62,989 nt of DNA, filler included, from Olpidium bornovanus S191 (GCA_017911155.1; 30 parts of 30 records of this genome joined end to end with filler, not necessarily neighbours in it); one strand, 5' to 3'. Counted from the whole stretch's first letter, positions 1 through 11,132 are shown. A program made the numbers and translations. Notes: a model not told the origin generated them from the sequence alone.

Positions 1-120
1 GTTGTTCGGGAAAACCGAGTAAGTCTGGACAAGCTTTTTGGGGTACCGATCGTTCAGTCTCTCGAGAAGGAAAGACCCCATTCCTGACCCAGTCCCGCCG
101 GCAATAGAGTGAAGGAGCAT
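1..120 (-). CDS. TUB4: gamma-tubulin, internal fragment
   Basis: The minus strand reads [40 protein letters not shown]. This has the tubulin GGGTGSG-type signature in the gamma-tubulin form ([28 protein letters not shown]). It runs off the window start, and no N-terminal exons were found in 121-721. Confidence 0.9.
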   Translation of the reverse strand, partial: MLLHSIAGGTGSGMGSFLLERLNDRYPKKLVQTYSVFPNN

Positions 121-721
121 GGTGCCCCTCTCGCGGTGGGAGGGGGTTCCCCGTCGGGCGCTCTCCTTAAACCCTGTGCGCCGTTTACTCTCAGCTCCAC
201 CGTTTTACCCCCACCGGCCGCTACCAGAAAGAAACGGTAAGCGACCCGACGCCGTTATCTCCACGGGCATTTGTCCGAAACACGCAGCTCCAGATCGGGG
301 CTTACGTCGAGGGTTCGGGCTTCCCGTTTCGCCGAACCGGGCCAACGGAATTAGCCGAACCAAGCCTTGCTTCTCCCAGTTTTGGCGGACACGATCGTCG
401 TCGCTACGCTTTTTTTCTCTTTTTTTTTGCTAACATATCCGAGGTCGATCTTCCGCGATATTTTTATGCCCTCCACGGGGCCCGGCGTGGTTTTCCAAGC
501 TGTTTCCCTTTTTGGCGCGCGGACGGGCTCCTTTTGCTGATTCGAATAGCGGCGCTCCATTCGGCAACCAAAAAAAAAAATCTCGAACAGGATTTTCCTT
601 CCTGGTGAAACCGCAAGTTTCACACGAGCCAAACGAAGGCCCTCTTCCACTTCGTTGACGGCCCATGCCGGTCTCCTGCGCGCCCGCCGCAGAACAGCGC
701 AACCTTAGCAGCCCGCAAAGC

Positions 722-1594
722 ATGTCGCTGTGCAGTGTAGGTTCGGGGTGGGTTGAGGGGGGGAAGAGACGAGGTGGGAACGGTGGGAGAATTAACGTGG
801 CCGCCTAATGCGGACGAGACGGAAACGTGCGCCTGTGCGAGTCTGGTGGAAATCCGGGCCCGGCTAACCCAAAAAAAAAAAAAAAAAAAAAAACCAAAAT
901 CAAAAAAACCGGACTGCCCGTGTCCGCCCCGTCTTCCGTCTCTCTTCGCGTCCGTCAAAAAAAGGACCCGGCGATTGCTGAAGGTTGAGCGAAACGCTAT
1001 TCCGAACAGGCCTTTTTTTTTTCCCTGCGTCGACTCGAACGGATGATGACCTGCCGCCGTCGTTGGCCCCCTCCAGCGTACCAGGATGTTCGGGACGACA
1101 AGGTCTGGCATTTTTGCGGGGCCGATGCCGGGTTTTGGCCACAAACTTGCGACAGCCCGGATCCCGACTGTCGAAAGATCCCGACTGTGATCACCAGCAG
1201 GTGACTTGATGCGCAAACTACCCCCCCACCCCGCCCCTTTTTCCTCCTCTTTTAGACTTCGACCAATTGGTTGCTACTGGCGTACAAAGAAGACGTCAAG
1301 CCGGACACACTTTACCTTGCCGGCAAAGGTGATCCTGGCTGGGGAGAAAAGAGGGGGGGGGAGGGGAGAAGGAAGAAGCCGACGTGGGATTGCAAACGAG
1401 CTCGTAGTTGGTGCCCCCCAGGAATCTTCCGAGGGGCCCGCACGCGCCCCCGGAAGCGGGTCTTTTGCTCCCCTCCTCGTTGCTAATAACGTTATGTCAA
1501 AACGCCCGTCGTTTTTGCTCTCCGCAGGTAGCGGCGGGCTGCAGGAGTTCACCAACCATCTGAAGCCCGGCATGGCCGCTTTTGGATACGTCCG
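722..1594 (+). CDS. coactosin/Abp1-like actin-binding protein (ADF-H domain), 3' partial
   Basis: Hand-spliced exons 722-736, 965-983, 1077-1102, 1256-1328 and 1528-1594 are all GT-AG and in frame. They give MSLCSDPAIAEAYQDVRDDKTSTNWLLLAYKEDVKPDTLYLAGKGSGGLQEFTNHLKPGMAAFGYVR, matching the ADF-H pattern AY.DVR.D...TNW.L..Y......G.GGL.E......FGYVR. Confidence 0.85.
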
Positions 1595-1791
1595 GTTAGC
1601 GTCCGGCCAGTTTACGACCCGCAAAAAGCCGTTCATTATGATTCCAATCGGTCTCGCGATCCCGCAAACGAATTTCGGGGGGAGATGTCGANNNNNNNNN
1701 NNNNNNNNNNNNNNNNNNNNNNNNNNNNNNNNNNNTTAATTAATTAANNNNNNNNNNNNNNNNNNNNNNNNNNNNNNNNNNNNNNNNNNNN

Positions 1792-1850
<59 letters not shown>

Positions 1851-2100
1851 AACCAGGGGGAGGGGGGGGGAGCATGCGGGGCGCGAACACAGGGCGATAG
1901 TCCCAAGGGCAGGGCCGGGAAAGGCGGAGGGCCGCGGGAAGGGGCGCAAAGCGCCTCCGTGCGCGCGGGCGGTGCGGTATAAAGGGAGCAGCGGGGAGCG
2001 GGGGGGGGCGCGGTGGAAGGAGAGAAAGCCCGCCCGCTGCTTCCCGCGACCGAAACCCCTCCCCGCTTTTCTGCCGCCCGTGAGCCTCTCCCGTCTCGCG

Positions 2101-2813
2101 ATGCTCCGCTTTGCCGTCGCTCCGTTGCTGGCTTTAGTCGCCCTTCCGGGTGTCCACGCCGAACTCTTCTTCGGTCTTACCCTCTGGAACTCCCAAGACG
2201 AGGGTGCGCCTTTATTATTTCTTTCTGAACGTGCATTTTTTTTTTTTTTTCCGGACACTTCGTCACGCGAGCCTATTTCCGGCTCGCGCGCGTGCACTTT
2301 TTATTGACATTATGTCTACCAGCTTTCACAATTCGGACCCCACCGGACGTCTGCCTCACAATTCCTTACGACCGGAGGGGCGATGTGGTAAGCGTTTGCC
2401 CTGCTTTCCCCACCCCACCCCCACTCGCGGCTTGTTGGCGGGCGCGGCTCGTTTCCGTGATTGAACAGTCCGTTGGCTCAGTCACGTATCAGCTTTGGAG
2501 CCGGTTTCGACTCCGTTCGTTTGTTTGACGGCGAATCCTGCACGGGCCATAGCGAGGCGTGGCCCAGCGGCGGCGAGCTCGAACTTTATGAGCACAGCCA
2601 GTTGAGGAACAGCGCGAAGTCCTGTAGGTAATTGCGCGTTGTGTTTTGTCTTCGTGTCGCGGTTTTTGTGAGTTTCTCACCTGTATGACCCTTGCTGTTT
2701 GTTTGTGTACGTGTGTGTGTGTGTGGGGGGGGGTGGGCGGGGGTGGGGGTGTGAAGTGTCGACGTGCAGCGTGCATTTACAGATGCTGTGTAACAGTCGG
2801 CGACGAAGAGTGA
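2101..2813 (+). CDS. small secreted cysteine-containing protein (about 115 aa)
   Basis: Exons 2101-2203, 2323-2387, 2482-2627 and 2783-2813 splice in frame (GT-AG) to MLRFAVAPLLALVALPGVHA-ELFFGLTLWNSQDEAFTIRTPPDVCLTIPYDRRGDVSRISFGAGFDSVRLFDGESCTGHSEAWPSGGELELYEHSQLRNSAKSCRCCVTVGDEE*. It has a hydrophobic signal peptide ending VHA and 5 Cys. The exon 3 acceptor was chosen to keep the frame open. Confidence 0.7.
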
Positions 2814-3057
2814 AATTTGACAGGACCGCATGCCTTGCGTATGCCGGCATCTGCGCCCTTACATACCGCGGATACTTCGATCCCGCTGTGCCGTTCGTCA
2901 TGATCTCGGTGGCGAGTCACCTCATGAACTTGCGGTATCTTTACAAAGGACCGTGTCGGGTACGCTTCTCCCTCCCTAATTCATTACGCGGGTCGCCCGG
3001 TTGTAATGAAATCGGTTCACTCGAGGCTCTGATGCTAGTGCATGTTCGTTTCTTGAT

Positions 3058-3456
3058 TTGCAGTTTTGCTTTGGGGATTCCGCCCCTTTCTATGCTTCTC
3101 TCTTTAAAAGGAGCCTCGATGACTCGACAACCGCGCCGAACAGCCGTGAGACGACTCTTGCTGAGAGCGACGGCTGCTGTGAGGAAGCTGATATCCTCGC
3201 AAGGATACAAATCGCTCTCGAGGATGGTCCGCTGGATAACGACGGCCTCGCCAACTTGTTCCACAGTCTTCTTAGGGACGACGACCCCGAGTTGTTCGAT
3301 CACGCCGCGAGCACTCCCCAGTGGGCGGAGGCTTACCATGACGGTCTCGAACAGTTTCTCCAATTGATGCGTGTTTTCGACGAGAACGGCGACAGAACAG
3401 TAGACTTGGGCGAATTCACGCGTGCTGCGCAGACGTGTGGCCTGGGCTCCGCGTAG
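3058..3456 (+). CDS. EF-hand protein, start uncertain
   Basis: The acidic ORF ends in a canonical EF-hand loop, FDENGDRTVDLGEF (D-x-N-x-D-x-T-x-D-x-x-E), with the stop at 3454-3456. The true N-terminus or upstream exons were not resolved. Confidence 0.5.
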   Translation: MQFCFGDSAPFYASLFKRSLDDSTTAPNSRETTLAESDGCCEEADILARIQIALEDGPLDNDGLANLFHSLLRDDDPELFDHAASTPQWAEAYHDGLEQFLQLMRVFDENGDRTVDLGEFTRAAQTCGLGSA

Positions 3457-3557
3457 GNNNNNNNNNNNNNNNNNNNNNNNNNNNNNNNNNNNNNNNNNNN
3501 NTTAATTAATTAANNNNNNNNNNNNNNNNNNNNNNNNNNNNNNNNNNNNNNNNNNNN

Positions 3558-3890
3558 AAGCTCAACGAGGAGCTCCAGCGGACCACGCTGTGGGACAACG
3601 TCGCCCTGCGCAAGGTGGTCCTCGTCGAGGCGCTGCCCAAGCTGCTCCTGGACACCCTCGACCTCGACACGATCATGGAGCGCATCCCGGACAACTACAT
3701 CCGCGCGATCTTCGGAGCCTACCTCGCCAGCCGGTGAGCCCAGAAACCAAAAAAAAAAAAAAAAATTGGTTCAGACCCCGTGCCCGTTTGAAACGGACGC
3801 GGGGGGGGCGGGTTTTGGCCGCATCCTCCGTTTTTCCCTTCCCCGCGCCTCTCACCCACCCTTCCTTTGCGAGCGGGGCCCGGCGGGGGG

Positions 3891-3928
<38 letters not shown>

Positions 3929-4286
3929 CACGCGGAAAAAAAAAACTGCGGCAGGTTCGTGTACAAGTACGGCATTTCGACGTCACAGTTTTCGTTCTTC
4001 GAATTTATGGTACGGACTCTCGACCTTTCTTTGGGGTGGGGGGTGTTTCTGGACCTGCGTCCAAGAGTGGGGAGGAAGGAAGGCGCCGGAAGCCGGAGAC
4101 GCTGACGATTCGTTTTGCCCCCGCGCGTTTTTCCCGGCCAGATCCCGTACTTTGCGAAGGTCAGTTGCCGCCCTGTCGTTGCGTTCTCCGCGTTCTGCTG
4201 CTCCCGGCCCCACTGACAGCTCTCTTTCCCACTTCCCCCCCCCGTGTGATGCGTCCCTCCGTCAGGCAAGCCAAGGACTCAATTAA
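3558..4286 (+). CDS. GDH2: NAD-specific glutamate dehydrogenase, C-terminal exons
   Basis: Exons 3558-3733, 3955-4009 and probably 4266-4286 give LWDNVALRKVVLVEALPKLLLDTLDLDTIMERIPDNYIRAIFGAYLASRFVYKYGISTSQFSFFEFM, the characteristic C-terminus of large fungal NAD-GDH. Confidence 0.85.
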
Positions 4287-4757
4287 TTCGAACAAGAAGC
4301 GCGACGGAAGGACGGGAAGGAGAGGGGGGAACCGAGGAGGAGGGAATTCTTTTCATCTTCCACCGGCCGCCCCGGATGCCCCACCTTCCTTTCAACTTTA
4401 TGCGAAAAAGCACCCCTATCTTTTTTTTTAAAAAAAAATTTTGCGATGAGAATGGGAGGCTTCCCGGCGGGTAGAGTGTTGGAAAAAAAAGGAAAGAAAA
4501 AAGAAAGAAAACGGGGGGCCGGGGAGGAGGGGGGTGGGGGGGGGGGGGGGGGGGAGAAGGGAGGGGGGGGGGGGGGGGGGGGATGGTGAACGAGGGGAGG
4601 AGGAGGAGGAGGAGGCGGAGGAGGACGAGGAGGACCAGGACGAGGACGAGGAGGACCNNNNNNNNNNNNNNNNNNNNNNNNNNNNNNNNNNNNNNNNNNN
4701 NTTAATTAATTAANNNNNNNNNNNNNNNNNNNNNNNNNNNNNNNNNNNNNNNNNNNN

Positions 4758-6278
4758 CACGGCGAAATGATGGGTCGGTCTTTGGTTCTCTCATTTTGGC
4801 CCTGGTCATTGCAAATACCACATTCGTTCGAACACTTTGATTCGAGAATCTTTTGCTCGGGAGCTTTCAAATATCATGGACGCGACCAAGAAGTGCTTCA
4901 CTGTGTCTATTGACCAATGGTCAGGTAACAGGTTCAGGACCTGATGTTTGCCGATTTCGCGAACCGGTCAGTTTGAACCGCGCGGCCGCGGCTTCTTCCC
5001 ACATGAGCACACACCTCCACGATGTCGAGGTGTAGGCCCTTTGACCGCAGCAGGTCCAGCACCCGTTCTAACATCTCGTCTCTGATAACGGAGCGTTGTA
5101 TCAGTGAGAAGGGGGAAAACTCCCGGCTGGCACGCACTAAAAAGGACCGTGCAAGCGAAGGAGAGGGCAAAGTAGAGAGAACCAATCGTGCGAAGGCGCT
5201 GCCGAAGAAAGATAAAAATGTACGTACGGATTTTCCAGCGCGAGGTACAGCTTAAGGAGCATCAAAAATAGAGCCTTTCGATCCGCCTCCTCGGCTTCCG
5301 ACGAGATACACGACACGTTCCTCTCCGGCGATTGAAGCAGCAGCTTGTTCTGCTTATGCTTGGTCCTCCGGGAGGACGCGAAGTCCGGGCGGCCAACGGC
5401 CAGGCAGTACTCTTCAGCGCCGGCGTGGTCCCGCACGCGGTTGACCAGGGCGTCGATGGCTTCCTCATGTCGGCCGATCTGCAGAACGGGGGCGTCAGGG
5501 CCAGAGGAAGCTTCTGGGGGGTGTACGGCGACGTTCAGCTAGACTCCAAGCAACACCCACCCTTCCGTAGAGTAAGGCGCGCTCGGAGTCCATCCCTTCC
5601 AAACCCTCGAGGGCGCTCAGCAGGACGGCAACGTCGTATTGGCGCGAGCGGGCAAGGAACCTCAGTAGCCGACACCGCGCCGCAGCCAGCTGGTCGGTAC
5701 TCGACCGGGCGCGGAGAAACGCAAAGAAAGACTGGTTCCGATGCCGTTGGCTGAAGTACGCGGTGACTGAAATGAAGCCGCGGGAACCAGAGATGATACA
5801 TCTCTGAAGGCTCCAACGGGCGCATCAGCAGGAAAGCAGTCCTCGGGGAACTCACGCTGGTCCTTGAGCCGTCTTTCCCGCTCCTCGGGCGTGCTGCCAA
5901 GTGCAAACGTAAGCTCCTCCACGTATATCCATGCGAGGCGCGTGTGCCATGCTGGGTTCTTCGCGGTTCACGGCGGGAAGGACATGCAAACAAGATGAGA
6001 GGATCCTCCTTCCATTTGACGACATCGTAGAAAGGACGATCACGCGGCAGGCGCTGCTCAACCCGGGGACTCACCTCGCTAGCCTTCGAGAAAATGAGGT
6101 GCTCGAGGTACGTCCGCGTTCCGCCGGACTGGCCCCGCTCTAGCAGCGCTAGCACTGCATGCGGGTCGAACTTTGCGGCGCGCTTCGCATTCATCGACAC
6201 AAAAATCTTCAAGCGCCCGTGAGCGTTCGTCAGATGCGGCCGACTGAAGGCCGAGAGTCACCCTGTACTTGGAGTGCA
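4758..6278 (-). CDS. Vps3/Vam6(Vps39)/TGFBRAP1-family tethering subunit, partial, multi-exon
   Basis: Minus-strand segments TYLEHLIFSK, DHAGAEEYC, RKALFLMLLKLYL, VLDLLRSKGLHLDIVEV and LLPDHWSIDTVKHFL occur in the order seen in the clathrin-repeat/C-terminal region of this family. Confidence 0.7.
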
Positions 6279-6378
6279 NNNNNNNNNNNNNNNNNNNNNN
6301 NNNNNNNNNNNNNNNNNNNNNNTTAATTAATTAANNNNNNNNNNNNNNNNNNNNNNNNNNNNNNNNNNNNNNNNNNNN

Positions 6379-7317
6379 CATGCGGTTGTCATCAATATTA
6401 GCCCGCGTCGGTGACGGCACTCGCCCGTAAGTAGGAGAGGCCAGGATGCGCTGCTGGAGCTGGACAATGTGGCTGAGCTGGTTCGAAATTTCCGCCAATT
6501 TGTCCGACTCAGAGGTGGCTGGTAGTGTCACTGACTGTTCCAATGGGTTGGAAATCTCGCGGTCGCATTCATCAAGAATCGAGTTGGCCCCTTCGCTGCG
6601 TCCGCTGCTTTGGCTGTCTCTGCGAGGTGAGCACCCAAACTGCATGCTTTCGACCGCGCGTTCCAGTAAACCTTTTTCACAGACATCATCCAATGAACCA
6701 AGCCTCATGGACGAATTCCATCTTGGCATGGGAGGGACGACCGTTTTCGGGGTCGATGAGCAAGCAGAGATATCCTCGATGTATTCAACCCTGTCCAGTT
6801 TCGGCGCCGAAATCGGCTGCGGCCCCTCTAATGGTGAATGTCGTGAGCTTTCCAACTGTGACGTTCTAGGAATAAGGTCCTCCTCGGCCTCCTGCATCTG
6901 TCTGGTTGTCGGGCGGCCTGTCGCTGTACGCAGCGAACCGGATCCGTTTTGATTCGTAATCAACAGCGACGTATGCGGGTCCTCTGCCGAAAACGGCTGG
7001 CGGAAGCCAGATGCAGATTTTATCGGTCCGGCGGCCCGGGACTCCGGCCTAAGAGTTGCTGCGAAGCACGAACTGACCGAACCCGCGAAGGACACGTCCT
7101 GGAAATCGTACGACATGTTAGCTAAGCTCGCGTTGGCCTTCCGGCGTGCCCGCGCCCTGGCAGAGCCGCGGAGAGCGCTGCTGCCGTCGATGCGGCTCTT
7201 CGCCGAGAGCTCCTCATGGTCGTATTGACTTCCGCCCCGCAAGGAGGTCATCCGTCCAGTCGAAGAAACAGGTCGCAGTTTCGCTTTCGCTGCAAGGTAC
7301 CCTTCTAGGGCAGACAT
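6379..7317 (-). CDS. hypothetical Ser/Arg-rich protein, 3' partial
   Basis: The frame is open from ATG 7317 (MSALEGYLAAKAKLRPV...) to the contig edge. It looks largely disordered, with one short coiled-coil-like segment (LAEISNQLSHIVQLQQRIL). No family recognised. Confidence 0.5.
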
Positions 7318-7704
7318 TCCCCCAAGTACCGGCCCCGCGCCGGGCAGGATCAGCACTACGGCTGCGGTCGAGCCACCTGGCATTGAGTACGCGGAGGCGG
7401 CCGCAATGCGAAACGCGTCAACGGCACATCGAACGACCGCGCAGGCGGCGTGGCAAAGGAATTTGGTGGTGGTGAGCGTCGACAACGAGGGAGAGAAAAC
7501 GAACAGCGCGAACCACACGATCAACGGCTGGTCGCGCACCAGCGGTAATGCGACGGCAGAACGACGCGCAAAAAGGAGGGTGGGATACGCTGGTCGAAAA
7601 TAGTTTTCGCGGGGACGGCGTCCGTGGGCGATGGGGAGTCGACAGGTCGGTAAGGTTCTTCTTCCCAGAGGCTTCTCTGTGAGGAATCGAGGAGGGTACG
7701 GTCT

Positions 7705-7719
7705 GTCACGTGACCAATC
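7705..7719. promoter_or_regulatory. palindromic E-box GTCACGTGAC overlapping a CCAAT box
   Basis: The sequence GTCACGTGACCAATC lies about 390 bp upstream of the minus-strand ATG at 7317. The same 10-mer plus CCAATC recurs at 35311-35329. Confidence 0.4.
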
Positions 7720-8187
7720 GATGGCCGCTATGTACCCTGTCCTGATCGGTAACACCGCGACAACTTTATGGTGTCGAACAATGGTTTTGGGCCGTCAGAA
7801 TCTTGCAGAACCCTAATTCACTTCAGTCATCGCTAAGTTAAGGTTCAAGTCCTTTATTTAACTAAAGGCATCACACTTGTACTCCTCAATAATGTGAATA
7901 TAGCGAACGAAATCTTGCGTGCAACAAGAGAGAAAATACGTTTCCCTATAATAAGCAACCGCAGCGGCAGGTATGTTGTTGCGGCTTAGATTCACGCTTT
8001 AAGTACTTTTTCAGTGGGTGTTCTGGGGAAACCCTATGATCTTTCGATGCCACCTGCATAGTTAATGCACGTGGAAATTGCACCATGNNNNNNNNNNNNN
8101 NNNNNNNNNNNNNNNNNNNNNNNNNNNNNNNTTAATTAATTAANNNNNNNNNNNNNNNNNNNNNNNNNNNNNNNNNNNNNNNNNNNN

Positions 8188-9212
8188 CATGAAATTTGTC
8201 GATGCAAAGCCGCCATATGCAAGTCTGCAGGAAGGAAAGCTTCGCCGTCTGAGCCAACCTAATCCCCTAATCTCACATTCGAAGAGTTCTGCTCCATAGA
8301 CTGCTACTCCTTACCGCTTGCATTGCTCGATATCCGGCTTTCCTCCAACGATGGGAACAACATGGGTAGCGGTGTGGCCGGGCGCGACAATCAGGCCGCC
8401 GTCAAAGGAGAGACCGTTTTGATAGTAGCTGAACAGAGAGTCGACGCCGTATGAGACGCTTGGCACGGCATAGCCCTCGAAGAGCAGCTCCGACATGCTC
8501 CTCCGCGCCGCCGGAGGATTGCAAAACGGCTCAGTGATCAGCACCGGGTGGTGCACCCCGTGGGTGTCCACACCGAGTTTGGCAAAGGCATAGTCCAGGA
8601 CGGACTCCTGTAATTGTATCCGCGCGCAGCCGGCGACGTAAGAGGAAGCCACGACGTGAACGTCGGCAAGAGGGCTCGCTTGCAAAACGGCGAAGCGTAC
8701 CATGATGTCAAAATTGCAAACGACGTTGCCGTCGAAGGGGGAGCGCAGGTTTGGCCGCGCCAGCGAGTCCAACGCGGTTTCCGCGCCAGCCACCACCACG
8801 TTCGTGTTGCTTTTCCGGTCGCGGTATTTCGCGATGGCATTCTCGAACTGTACTAAAGCGTGAAGAAGCCCACAGTTCGACGTGTTTCACCGCAGCATTT
8901 CCGCGCCCCGCTGAGAACAGAGAGCACATACGTCGCGGGTTTTCCTCCGAGCCCCACCCGACGCGGCATCCGGACGACCCTGCGATAGGCAGAGCGTGTG
9001 CGCGTGAACACGGCATGAACACGAACACCGCCCGGCAGTTGTCTGCGACGTAGCACGCAGGCCGCGGCCGTACCGTTGTCTATGACGATCGGCACCCCTG
9101 TGTCAAAGTGCTTGCTGCGATAGTCTGTCGCTGTCTCCGGTATAGTGGCGACCAGCGGTTCCGCCAGGCTGTAGATCCGCTGATGGCGGAGGTGGCCGGC
9201 GGACGTCTCCAT
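8188..9212 (-). CDS. ARP5: actin-related protein 5 (INO80 complex), 3' partial
   Basis: Segments PIVIDNG, GCRVGWGSEENPR, LRSPFDGNVVCNFDIM, ESVLDYAFAKLGV and HPVLITEPFCNP..MSELLFEGYAVPSVSYGVDSLFSY match an actin fold with the Arp5-type YG(I/V)DSLFS. The next exon, RLAYGGFASTNFM, reaches the contig edge. Confidence 0.9.
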
Positions 9213-9471
9213 CGCCTTCGTCGTTGCTACCGCGCGGAGCGAAGGGCAAAAACGAGAGCAGCTGCCACCCTCACGGCGGGTTCCACCTCCGCTCTTTGCG
9301 GGCTGCGCAAGAGAACCCAGAGTCGGTCCGGCCTCGGATGGGGGGCGAGGGAGGGAGGGCTGCGGGCGGAAGAGACGGCCGTTGGTGGCGCGCGCGGTCG
9401 GGGTGGTTTCGACCTGATTCCGGCACGCCCATAGTATCTCCTCTCCGCCCCCTAAGCGGTATATCCTCCGG

Positions 9472-10549
9472 TCAGACGCCGTTGCTTCGGGATTTTTCGC
9501 CGACACGTGCAACTTTGCTGCGAAGATCAGTTTTTGTCCCGCGACGGCGTGGCAACGCAAGTCCGTTCGGTATGAGCGTGAACACGGATATCCAGTGTGC
9601 TTTCGTCAGGTGAGGCGTAAGCTCACGGTGCATTTTCAGGGCCCTCGCTGATATCTGCGCGGACCCGTCGGAGCGCCTAGGCACGCGGGTCATCATCTCT
9701 CTTCACTGCCCACAAGGTCTTTGTGCCCGGGGAGATCTTGATACGGTGACGAACCACAGTCCGCTCGTCGTCTGCAACGTCGCCGACTATCTCGGCTGGT
9801 TCGGGGTTGCCGGGGATCCTCAAAGAAGAGGCTCTGCCATCGTTGGGCCGAAAAGGGTAAGAGACTGAACAGCCAAAGGTACGGCAGCCGGGACATCGGC
9901 GACGGACACGTCGAGCGGCTTGCACCAGGCGCACCAACATACACGATACTATGAAGCTCAGCAGAGACGTGTTTCCGATTACCGCGCCTTTGTCGCCTTT
10001 CGGTGCCGCAAACGTTACCTCTCGTCGCGTTGTCATCAGCGGGATTCCTGGATTCAACACGGTCTACTTACATATTTCCCCGCATCCATTGCGCAAAGCG
10101 GTTTGTTCTTTTATCCGCATCAAATATATACAGGCAGATTAGACAGCATGTTTCACATGTCCCTGGAGTTCGAATTTCCCATGTCGCAGTATAGAAAGCA
10201 AAAGTTTTATCACTTGGTCCTTTGATTCGCCAACTCTTTAGCTGGTATAGGTTATACCGTATCTTCTCTTGCCCCGTCTCCGTCCACTTTCGCTCTCCGT
10301 ATCCTGCATTCCTCCTCTTGTTCCCAACGAATTGTCTTCGCTGCCTGCATGTCGAGGGAATCCACCTCATTCATCGGATGTGATGCCGGGTCAGCTTTTC
10401 GCTTCGAACCTGCGGCCGGCGAAGATAGCATGTTTGAAGCCACACATCGACCAACTGCCTCATCGTCCCCCTGTAGATCGGCCGGGAGCACCGTCCGTTC
10501 CGCGGCGGCCTTATTCGTGCTCGCCGAAAAATCGCCGACGTCTGGTGGA
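9472..10549 (-). CDS. hypothetical multi-exon gene, unassigned
   Basis: There are several minus-strand open segments (for example SKRKADPASHPMNEVDSLDMQAAKTIRWEQEEECRIRRAK) with GT-AG-like boundaries. I could not build a unique model or recognise a family. Confidence 0.3.
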
Positions 10550-10793
10550 NNNNNNNNNNNNNNNNNNNNNNNNNNNNNNNNNNNNNNNNNNNNTTAATTA
10601 ATTAANNNNNNNNNNNNNNNNNNNNNNNNNNNNNNNNNNNNNNNNNNNNAGCGCTATCGCAGCGGCGGCCGCAAGCGCGTCTACCTCACTGGAGGAGACG
10701 GCCGGGGCGAGAGCGGTCGTGGCGGGAGCGGGTGACGGGGGTGCCATCGACGGTGCGGGCGAGAGGGCGGCCAAGGGGGGGGCGGGCGGGGGC

Positions 10794-10824
<31 letters not shown>

Positions 10825-11097
10825 TCGTTTTTTTTTTTTCCCGAGTTCCTGTCCGCTTGTCCTGTCGGCCCGCAACGAACGGGCTCGCCGAGAAGCTTCC
10901 TTTCCCGCCACCTGTTTTAGAATTTGCCCTTCTTCCCCTCCCCCCCTCCTTCCCCCCCGGCTCCCCCCATCCGGGCTACAGCGGAGCGACCAACGAACAG
11001 GGGACACTCGGGAACTCTCGCGGAGAGGGTTGAAACCGTTTTGCCGTCGTTGGTTTTCGCCGGGTTCTCCCGTTCTTTTTTTCTTTTTTTCTTTTTT

Positions 11098-11132
<35 letters not shown>

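Noticed and set aside
1692-1791. Regularly recurring TTAATTAATTAA as a CRISPR-like or biological repeat
   Set aside because: It is always embedded in exactly 44+44 N and encodes stops in six frames, so it is an assembly linker.
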